In this document: in pieces, positions 1 through 7,440 of the stretch
Position numbering within the stretch: position 1 is the stretch's first letter
How the letters are laid out: the number at the start of each line of letters is the position of its first letter
From: an uncultured Candidatus Saccharibacteria bacterium
GTDB lineage: Bacteria; Patescibacteriota; Minisyncoccia; Phycocordibacterales; UBA1006
NCBI GenBank assembly: GCA_964350165.1
Contig: CAYGJA010000002.1
Location: 1 to 62,702 of the forward strand
Reading direction: 5' to 3'
DNA length: 62,702 bases
The notes under the pieces: generated by a model
The model's database searches: none
The model's input: only the letters and a program-made list of their open reading frames with translations
What the model was told of the DNA's origin: nothing
Program-made: the position numbers and the translations under genes

Positions 1-74
1 GTACTTTTGAATTTTTCCAAAAACACCTATTGTATCTTTGGAATAAATCTTCTTTTCCTTTCTGCTCCCTTCGG

Positions 75-94
75 CCCCCGCCCTCCCCCGCCCC
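75..94 (-). other. G-quadruplex-forming motif
   Basis: Minus strand GGGG-C-GGGGG-A-GGG-C-GGGGG: four G-tracts with 1-nt loops, intergenic. Confidence 0.6.
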
Positions 95-96
95 AC

Positions 97-123
97 AAAA
101 AAAACGATGCTCGCCAGAGCATC
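97..123 (-). terminator. Intrinsic terminator after tsaE
   Basis: GATGCTC-tggc-GAGCATC followed by G and a T8 tract on the minus strand. Confidence 0.7.
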
Positions 124-169
124 ACCCACACATCAGCTGTCTATCCAAATCCCCGGGTAGCCAGCTTTC

Positions 170-619
170 TTATTGGGACCAAAAAGTAATTATCCTATCT
201 TCGTTGGTGTCCCCGTGTTCAATGCTGATTTTGTAATCAAAGCTCTCTAGCCCCACCAGTTCGGGCCACTCTATACAAATCAGATTGGTTTTTTCTTTTT
301 TATATGTTTCGAATTGAATCTTTTCTAGTTCTGCATAAGAATCCAGGCGATAAGCATCAATATGAACAAGCTGCTGCCACACCGGATGAGTAACACCTCG
401 ATAAAATTGAGCAATCGTAAAAGTAGGACTTGTAACCGGAACCGTGTTTCCAAGCAGCTGTGCCAGTCGTTGCACCAGAGTGGTCTTCCCCACCCCCAAA
501 TCTCCAGACAGAGCAATCACCGTGGCTTCATTTTGATTTGGCTTCAATTCTGTGAACCAGCTATCAACGGCTACTTGAAATTCTTGGAGGGAGTGTGTCT
601 GCTGTGTTTTTGTATTCAT
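170..619 (-). CDS. tsaE: tRNA threonylcarbamoyladenosine biosynthesis ATPase TsaE
   Basis: LSGDLGVGKTT Walker A, VTSPTF, HIDAYRL and IEWPE motifs; start moved to ATG at 619 (MNTKTQQ). Confidence 0.93.
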   Translation of the reverse strand: MNTKTQQTHSLQEFQVAVDSWFTELKPNQNEATVIALSGDLGVGKTTLVQRLAQLLGNTVPVTSPTFTIAQFYRGVTHPVWQQLVHIDAYRLDSYAELEKIQFETYKKEKTNLICIEWPELVGLESFDYKISIEHGDTNEDRIITFWSQ

Positions 620-632
620 TGCAAAATACTGT

Positions 633-672
633 ACCACCAAAAAACCACCCGGCAAGGTGGTTTTTTGGTGGT
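633..672. terminator. Long perfect inverted repeat, bidirectional terminator-like
   Basis: ACCACCAAAAAACCACC-cggcaa-GGTGGTTTTTTGGTGGT, 17-bp perfect stem. Confidence 0.75.
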
Positions 673-674
673 TA

Positions 675-2024
675 TTATCCGAGATGTCCCTGATAGACCT
701 GATCAATCAAAGCCGGAGGGTGAGTGACTTCTGTTTGCTGTATTTCTACAGATTCAGACTCGCTCACAACCTCCTTCTCTTCATAAACAGGAATCTGGGC
801 TGGAATGGGTACGTATTTATAGACGATTTCTCGTTTGGTTTTAGACAGATAACCTTCCATCTGCAAGTAGTAGAAAATCATCCCCAATGCCAAGATAGAC
901 AAAGCAACCATAAACAAAGTAGTTCCGGTCCCCATGGCTCCAAAAGCTGAGGCCGCCAAGGCTTCCGCTCGCTCTTCTGCCAACGTGTGATAACGCGTAT
1001 CTACATCATAAGCAGTGGCTCCCTCACGGGCACCATTGTCTGGATTCTGATGAACCAAGCGCACCATAGCAATTACCGGTACGCGATCGTCGGCAAGTTC
1101 TGGAACCTGCATGGTAACAAAAATAGTTCCGATTTCATCAATTCCGATTACACCAAACTCATAAGAAATAGCATGGTCAACGGCGGAATAATCACCGCGC
1201 GTAGTGTCGAGAAAATTCAAATCAGCAGGCAATTCAACGTAAAGCACACCATCCCTTAGAGTTCGATTACTGGTGTTTTCATAATTAATTTCATACGTAA
1301 CCACATCACTGGTTTGCATAGCAGAAACTCCATTTTGGATTCCAAGCGTAACAAACGTAGAAGGCACTGGCACTAATATTTCAAAGAATTCAATAGCAAC
1401 CTCTTTGTTTTCTTCAGATACGGCTTCCCCATCGACCTCTGTGTTCTGATTATCTTTAGACGAAGTGTCGTCGGTTACAGCTGGGGTTGTTTCATTTTTC
1501 TTGGTAACAAACGAAGTAGTAACACCACACTTGGTAGCCAAAGTATTAGTGGCACAATGACGCACATAATATCGAGTATTTGGTTCTAGGTCAGTAATAT
1601 CCACCTGCACCAAACCAGCATTTATTTTATTATCGCGAGATGTGCTCGTTCCAAAAGCAACTGTTTTTCCGTATTCAAAATATGACTTTGTTACCAGGCC
1701 TTTTGGGTCTAAAAATCCAGAAAAAGTGGCAGAGTTCTTGGTAACAGCTGACACGGGAGAGGTTCCAACCAAAAAAGCCTGATTATTGGTGTTTGTTTGA
1801 TTTGTGGTCGTGGTCTGTGTCTGGGTCGCACTAGTAGTAACCACTGACGTAGTATTGTTGTCGGACTGAGCCAGGCGCTCAACCGTGTTTATTTCTCCCA
1901 AAAGCTGATCAATTTCTTTGAAAAAGTCAGTTTGAGCATGCGCAAAACCAAAAGGAATAGCTACCCCAACCAGAATTAGTGCTAAAAATAAGGTGTTTTT
2001 TATATAAACCATCTTCGTATTCAT
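675..2024 (-). CDS. Secreted/surface protein with FnIII-like and DUF11-like domains and a C-terminal membrane anchor
   Basis: Signal peptide, Thr-rich linker, LEPNTRYYVR FnIII-type strand, VVTYEINYENT DUF11-type motif, C-terminal TM; TATAAT 6 nt upstream of ATG. Confidence 0.65.
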   Translation of the reverse strand: MNTKMVYIKNTLFLALILVGVAIPFGFAHAQTDFFKEIDQLLGEINTVERLAQSDNNTTSVVTTSATQTQTTTTNQTNTNNQAFLVGTSPVSAVTKNSATFSGFLDPKGLVTKSYFEYGKTVAFGTSTSRDNKINAGLVQVDITDLEPNTRYYVRHCATNTLATKCGVTTSFVTKKNETTPAVTDDTSSKDNQNTEVDGEAVSEENKEVAIEFFEILVPVPSTFVTLGIQNGVSAMQTSDVVTYEINYENTSNRTLRDGVLYVELPADLNFLDTTRGDYSAVDHAISYEFGVIGIDEIGTIFVTMQVPELADDRVPVIAMVRLVHQNPDNGAREGATAYDVDTRYHTLAEERAEALAASAFGAMGTGTTLFMVALSILALGMIFYYLQMEGYLSKTKREIVYKYVPIPAQIPVYEEKEVVSESESVEIQQTEVTHPPALIDQVYQGHLG

Positions 2025-2121
2025 ATTTTAATTATAGCACTTATTTTATAATTAGTCAACCATCTCGTTCTCTTTTCTCTAGTACCCAACCTCATTATTT
2101 TAGTGCTATTATTGGTATATC

Positions 2122-4620
2122 GTGGCTATCCAATTTCAAGAAGAAAAACAAAACAAGCAACTTCTCATGCTTCGCAGAAAAGAAGAAGAAGAAGCTGTGC
2201 AACGCATGTCCCAAAAGACAAATATTCCTTATGTTGATCTGAATTCAATGACCATCGAGACGGATGCTCTAGCGACTATAAAAAAAGAGGTTTCCGAAAA
2301 AATAGAAGCCGCTTGTTTCAAACTCGTAGGAAAAGATCTCTATGTGGCGGTACGTAGCCCAGAAAAACCAGGCCTCCGTGAAGAACTCTTTCGCCTACAG
2401 AATGATGGTTTTGTGGTGGGGGTATATCTGGCATCTCGACGTAGTCTAGAAAAAGCCTGGGATCGTTATGCCGATATTGCTATTTCCAGCAAGAGTCGCT
2501 CTAGCTTCCTTGATATTTCTCCAGCCGCTCTCGATGAGATTTCTAAACGAACAAAAAAGAACGAGGACATTGCGGCCATGATAGAAGAAACCGAAAATAG
2601 CGAGGGGCTCAAGCGTGTCACTCAACTAATAGAAATTATGCTAGGTAGTTCTATTGCCACTGGTTCTTCTGACGTACACATCGAACCCCAAGAAGAAGAA
2701 GTACAAATTCGCTTTCGCCAAGACGGAGTACTTCGAGACATCACCAAATTAGACCACGACACCTACAAAAAAATAAATTCCCGCATCAAAATCCTATCTC
2801 GGCTCAAGTTAACCCAAGACAAGCAAGCCCAAGACGGCCGTTTTACTATCGATTACAAAGATCAAGAAATCGAAATCAGAACATCCATCGTTCCCGGTGC
2901 TTATGGAGAATCAATCGTTATGCGTATCCTAAACCCGGATATTATTTCTATTGAAATGAAATCACTAGGAATTGAACCAAAACTTTTTGAAATTTTGCGA
3001 CGAGAAGTTCACAAGCCAAATGGCCTTATTCTTACTACTGGACCAACCGGTTCTGGTAAAACCACCACCTTGTATGCCTTCCTAAAAGAAATCTACACAC
3101 CAGAAATAAAAATCCTGACCATCGAAGACCCTATCGAATACCACCTCCAAGGGATAACCCAAACCCAAGTAGAAAAAGAAAAAGGCTATACCTTTCTTAG
3201 TGGATTGCGTGGCGCCTTGCGACAAGACCCTGACGCAATCATGGTGGGAGAAATTAGAGACACCGAAACAGCGGAGATTGCCGTTAATGCGTCCCTTACC
3301 GGACACATTGTGCTTTCTACTCTGCACACCAACAACGCAGCCGGTGCTATTCCTCGCATGTTAGACCTTGGCATTAATCCCAAGGTCCTCCCCTCTGCCC
3401 TATCGGTTTCGATTGCTCAGCGCCTCGTTCGAAAACTTGTTCCAGAATGTGCCGAAGCTTACACTCCAGATCAAGCAACCCAAGACCTTATCAGAAAAAT
3501 ATTGAAACAAGCAGACCGAAACGGCAAAGACCTCGCCAGCTATGGTGTTTCTGCTGATCAAGAAATAATCCTTTATCGACCCAAAAAAGAAACTTGTGCC
3601 AAAGGTAATGGCACTGGTTACAAAGGTCGAATCGGTCTTTTTGAGGCAATTCTTCTCGATGAAGCTATCGAAAAAATAATTACCGACAACCCATCAGAGC
3701 GCGAAATCCGTCGCCTGGCTGACAAACAAGGTATTCTTTCCATGCAAGAAGACGGGGTTCTGAAAGCCTTGGCTGGGGTCACCTCTCTCGAAGAAATTCA
3801 AAAAGTAGTAGACCTTACCGAATTACTTGAAGACGAAGAGCCTAAAAAAGAAACTACCCAAAAAACTCCAGCCAAACTAGAGCCACAAAAAAACATTCCA
3901 ACCACCAAAAAGCAATCAGTTCCGGAGAAAAATCCAGCCTTTGATGATTTGCCGGGTTTTGTGATTCCTTCTGCACCAGTAGTCACAGAAGAAAAAGAAC
4001 AATCATCACCACGGGCTATACTAGATGATATGGATCTCGATGCGAAAAAGAGACAAAAAGAACTCGAAGAACGCATGGCTAATATTGAGAATTCGCTTGG
4101 GAAATTAGCCGGCCTAATGGAAAAAACAACAAATCACCTCGTATTCCAACCTCCCCTTTCTCAAGCCAGACCACTTGCCGTTCTCAGGGAGACAAGAAAA
4201 GCAGAGCGGGCTCACCAGGCAAGCCTCGCTGAACTCGGGGATCATCTAAACAACACAGGAGAAACAGATGATTCTACAGTGGCTTCAATAGCGGACAGTA
4301 TTCGAGACCTAGAACTATTGGCACTATTAGATACCATCGACAAACTAGAACAAGAACAGCGTGAACACCCTTCAAAAAATATTACCGAGCAAATAAGAAA
4401 GGCCCGAGAAACAGTAATCGAAATCATAAAAGCAAATCCACCTCAAAACCCAAAAAACAATCTAGGGTCAGCTGGACCGATTCTCAAGCAAGAGCTTGGC
4501 GTTATACTCGACCACCTTTTTGAAGTCGAACGTGACCAGATAGCAAATCCAGAAACAAGCGCCGCCGACAAGCTCCAAGCCATCAAATCACATATTGACG
4601 AAAAGCTCACTATTTCGTAG
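2122..4620 (+). CDS. pilB: Type IV pilus assembly ATPase (PilB/GspE family) with a long C-terminal extension
   Basis: SDVHIEP, TGPTGSGKTTT Walker A, IEDPIEY, LRQDPDAIMVGEIRD, TGHIVLSTLHTN. Confidence 0.88.
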   Translation: MAIQFQEEKQNKQLLMLRRKEEEEAVQRMSQKTNIPYVDLNSMTIETDALATIKKEVSEKIEAACFKLVGKDLYVAVRSPEKPGLREELFRLQNDGFVVGVYLASRRSLEKAWDRYADIAISSKSRSSFLDISPAALDEISKRTKKNEDIAAMIEETENSEGLKRVTQLIEIMLGSSIATGSSDVHIEPQEEEVQIRFRQDGVLRDITKLDHDTYKKINSRIKILSRLKLTQDKQAQDGRFTIDYKDQEIEIRTSIVPGAYGESIVMRILNPDIISIEMKSLGIEPKLFEILRREVHKPNGLILTTGPTGSGKTTTLYAFLKEIYTPEIKILTIEDPIEYHLQGITQTQVEKEKGYTFLSGLRGALRQDPDAIMVGEIRDTETAEIAVNASLTGHIVLSTLHTNNAAGAIPRMLDLGINPKVLPSALSVSIAQRLVRKLVPECAEAYTPDQATQDLIRKILKQADRNGKDLASYGVSADQEIILYRPKKETCAKGNGTGYKGRIGLFEAILLDEAIEKIITDNPSEREIRRLADKQGILSMQEDGVLKALAGVTSLEEIQKVVDLTELLEDEEPKKETTQKTPAKLEPQKNIPTTKKQSVPEKNPAFDDLPGFVIPSAPVVTEEKEQSSPRAILDDMDLDAKKRQKELEERMANIENSLGKLAGLMEKTTNHLVFQPPLSQARPLAVLRETRKAERAHQASLAELGDHLNNTGETDDSTVASIADSIRDLELLALLDTIDKLEQEQREHPSKNITEQIRKARETVIEIIKANPPQNPKNNLGSAGPILKQELGVILDHLFEVERDQIANPETSAADKLQAIKSHIDEKLTIS

Positions 4621-4661
4621 AACCGGAATTCTCTACGGCGAGCATGTTATACTCGACCCAA

Positions 4662-4679
4662 TAAAAAAGGCCTTTCGGC
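4662..4679 (-). terminator. Intrinsic terminator of the ncRNA
   Basis: GGCC-GAAA-GGCC followed by TTTTTT on the minus strand. Confidence 0.7.
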
Positions 4680-4910
4680 CAATCGGTTCCTTTCTTTGTC
4701 AGATATAAATCCCTAAGTAATCGACCTTAAACCATGCGGAAGAAGGCACGGGTAGGCAGCTGAGGAGCATTGCAGAAATCTTGTCTACAAGGACAGGCAC
4801 CACGCAGTCCTTGCTGAAAACCCAATAAGTCGGGAGACCTGATTGCTTAGAGATTTATATCTAGAAAGAAAAGGAAGACAGGGATAACACCTGCCAAAAG
4901 AACTCAATAT
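4662..4910 (-). ncRNA. Structured ncRNA, 6S RNA-like
   Basis: Own sigma70 promoter and terminator; ~30-bp closing stem (4687-4722 with 4841-4876); internal helices whose G-U pairs work only on the minus strand; no ORF of 60 aa or more. Confidence 0.6.
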
Positions 4911-4916
4911 GGAGGT

Positions 4917-4945
4917 ATCTTAGCATGACATATTTTTTTTGTCAA
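4917..4945 (-). promoter_or_regulatory. Sigma70 promoter of the ncRNA
   Basis: TTGACA-17 bp-TAAGAT with extended TG. Confidence 0.75.
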
Positions 4946-4995
4946 GTTTTTTTGTTCACCTCCCTTCTTTTTTGAGCTATACTCTCTATATAATT

Positions 4996-5985
4996 ATGTC
5001 TACAGACAACCAGAATTCAGGAAAAGGCTATTTGGACTATACTTTGCGACCTGATGTCTGGGATGATTATGTTGGTCAAGACGTAATCAAAGCAAATCTA
5101 CATATTTTATTGACCGCCGCCAAGGGGCGCAGCCATCCTCCAGAACACATTCTCCTTTATGGCCCTCCTGGACTAGGAAAAACCACTCTCGCCCACCTGG
5201 TAGCCAAGGAGCTGGATGCTCACATGAAAATAACTTCTGGTCCAGCGATTGAAAAAGTTGGTGATTTGGCTAGCATTCTCACCAATATTCAACCTGGTGA
5301 TGTTGTTTTTATTGATGAGATTCATCGTCTTAATAAAATGGTAGAAGAAATCCTGTATCCAGCCATGGAATCAGGGGTGCTCGATATTATTATCGGCAAG
5401 GGGCCTTCAGCGCGCACCATTCAATTGGAACTGCCTCCTTTTACCCTTATTGCGGCCACAACACGCATTGCCCTTTTGTCCTCCCCGCTTCGTTCGCGAT
5501 TTTCTGGTGGAGTTCATCGTCTGCAATTTTATAGTGAAGAAGAAATAGCCACTATCCTAGCTCGTTCCGCTCGCCTTCTAGATATCGCCGTACCAGATGC
5601 GTCACTAGCAATGATTGCCGAAAGAAGTCGCTACACTCCTCGTACTGCCAATTATTTTCTAAAACGAATTCGTGATTACGCCGAGGTACACAACAACGCA
5701 ATAGTAAATGACGACGTTGTTTCAAAAACACTGCAACTATTAGGGGTAGACCATTTGGGGCTTACCCATAGCGATCGGCATATTCTCGAAACCATTCAAG
5801 ACAAATTCGGCGGAGGCCCGATTGGACTCAAAACACTAGCTGCGGCCACCGGAGAAGAAGATTCTACTATCGAAGAAGTAATTGAACCCTATCTCATCCA
5901 ACGAGGCCTTTTGGAGCGTACCCCGCGCGGCCGCATCACCACCGAACACGCCCAAACACATCTTCAGAAAAATAAAAATAAATAG
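4996..5985 (+). CDS. ruvB: Holliday junction branch migration helicase RuvB
   Basis: [37 protein letters not shown]; start moved to 4996. Confidence 0.97.
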   Translation: MSTDNQNSGKGYLDYTLRPDVWDDYVGQDVIKANLHILLTAAKGRSHPPEHILLYGPPGLGKTTLAHLVAKELDAHMKITSGPAIEKVGDLASILTNIQPGDVVFIDEIHRLNKMVEEILYPAMESGVLDIIIGKGPSARTIQLELPPFTLIAATTRIALLSSPLRSRFSGGVHRLQFYSEEEIATILARSARLLDIAVPDASLAMIAERSRYTPRTANYFLKRIRDYAEVHNNAIVNDDVVSKTLQLLGVDHLGLTHSDRHILETIQDKFGGGPIGLKTLAAATGEEDSTIEEVIEPYLIQRGLLERTPRGRITTEHAQTHLQKNKNK

Positions 5986-6022
5986 TTGCCAGGTTTTTCT
6001 TAAAGCGGTAACCTGTTTGCAT

Positions 6023-6553
6023 ATGTCAGGACACAATAAATGGTCAAAAATAAAGCACAAAAAAGCGCTTACTGATTCCAAAAAATCCAAGATTTTTGGA
6101 AAACTTGTGCGCCTTATTCAAGTAGAAGCCAAGAAAAGTGGCGGTGATATTGAGTCTCCAAGCCTGCGAGCGGCCATAGAAAAAGCCAGAAAAGAAAACA
6201 TGCCCAACGACAACATTGAGCGAGCCATCAAAAAAGCTTCTGAGGCAAGCGATGCCCACCCAGTAACTTTTGAAGTGTACGGCCCAGGCGGGGTTGGTAT
6301 TATTATCGAAGCCTTGACCGACAACAACAATCGCACTAGTTCAGAAATGAAACACCTACTAAGCAAGCAGGGTACTTCATTGGCTGGACCAGGTTCAGTT
6401 TCCTGGAATTTTACTCGTGACACAGAAACCTTTGAATGGAAACCTTTGCAAATGATTGACTTAGAAGACGAAGACCTGGAGAAACTCTCAATATTAGTAG
6501 AAGCCATCGAAGACCATGACGATACCCAAGACGTTTTTACCAACGCCTCTTAG
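6023..6553 (+). CDS. yebC: YebC/PmpR family protein (short form)
   Basis: [15 protein letters not shown]-terminus, [28 protein letters not shown]. Confidence 0.93.
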   Translation: MSGHNKWSKIKHKKALTDSKKSKIFGKLVRLIQVEAKKSGGDIESPSLRAAIEKARKENMPNDNIERAIKKASEASDAHPVTFEVYGPGGVGIIIEALTDNNNRTSSEMKHLLSKQGTSLAGPGSVSWNFTRDTETFEWKPLQMIDLEDEDLEKLSILVEAIEDHDDTQDVFTNAS

Positions 6554-6556
6554 CTC

Positions 6557-7048
6557 ATGATAATTCTTGGTATTGACCCGGGTTTTGACCGAATTGGCGT
6601 AGCAATCGTCACAGAAGAAAATCGCAAAGAAACCATTCTGCACTCCGAATGTATTGTGACCAGCAGAAACCAAGAGTTTTCCGCCAGATTGGTTACTATT
6701 GCCGACCATATCCAGACAGTAATCACCACCTGGAAACCCACTGCCCTTGCCATCGAGAAGCTCTTTTTTCAGACCAACAAAACGACTGCGATGCAAGTAG
6801 CCGAAGCCCGTGGGGTTATTCTGTATATAGCAAAGAAAAATAATCTCTCTATTTTTGAAATTGGACCCGGCACTATCAAGCTTTCAGTCACCGGGAACGG
6901 TCGGGCCAATAAAAACGAAGTAATCAAAATGATTCAACTTACGACCACACTCAAACAAGCAAAGTACGATGATGAATATGACGCAGTAGCCACGGCTATC
7001 ACTGGTTTTCATATTGCTCGCAACACTATTCCCCATTCAAAAAATTAA
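6557..7048 (+). CDS. ruvC: Crossover junction endodeoxyribonuclease RuvC
   Basis: ILGIDPG, AIEKLFF, AEARGV, GNGRANK, DEYDAVA. Confidence 0.95.
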   Translation: MIILGIDPGFDRIGVAIVTEENRKETILHSECIVTSRNQEFSARLVTIADHIQTVITTWKPTALAIEKLFFQTNKTTAMQVAEARGVILYIAKKNNLSIFEIGPGTIKLSVTGNGRANKNEVIKMIQLTTTLKQAKYDDEYDAVATAITGFHIARNTIPHSKN

Positions 7049-7123
7049 AAGCTTGCATCAAGCCCGAGGTTTTGATACTAATGGTGCAGCAAAAATTATT
7101 CGTAATTTAATATTTTGCACACC

Positions 7124-7318
7124 ATGATGATGGACGAAGAATTCAACCCAGAAGACATTGATCTGTATCCAGAAGAAACAGATGATGAGGAAACAAAAAC
7201 ACCAGTTAAGAAAACCGATGACGATGATTGGTTTGATGACGAAGATGAAGATGATATCTTGACTGAAGATGACGATGATCTAGACGAAGATCTCGTGTTT
7301 GGTGAAGATCTAGAATAA
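7124..7318 (+). CDS. Small hyperacidic hypothetical protein
   Basis: 64-aa ORF, 34 D/E residues, followed by a strong terminator. Confidence 0.65.
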   Translation: MMMDEEFNPEDIDLYPEETDDEETKTPVKKTDDDDWFDDEDEDDILTEDDDDLDEDLVFGEDLE

Positions 7319-7320
7319 TG

Positions 7321-7361
7321 AGCAAACAAAAAACGAGCATCCAGCTCGTTTTTTGTTTGCT
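7321..7361. terminator. Long perfect inverted repeat, bidirectional terminator-like
   Basis: AGCAAACAAAAAACGAGC-atcca-GCTCGTTTTTTGTTTGCT, 18-bp stem. Confidence 0.78.
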
Positions 7362-7440
7362 CATTTTCCCAAAAGAACATACACTTTTCGTAGTACACTA
7401 GTACGGTATCCACTCTAATCACCACTTTTTCCACAGGTTT

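Noticed and set aside
4687-4876. SRP (4.5S) RNA or tmRNA identity for the long hairpin
   Set aside because: No CAGG-GNRA-AGCAG helix-8 motif and no tRNA-like GGGG.../...TCCACCA ends
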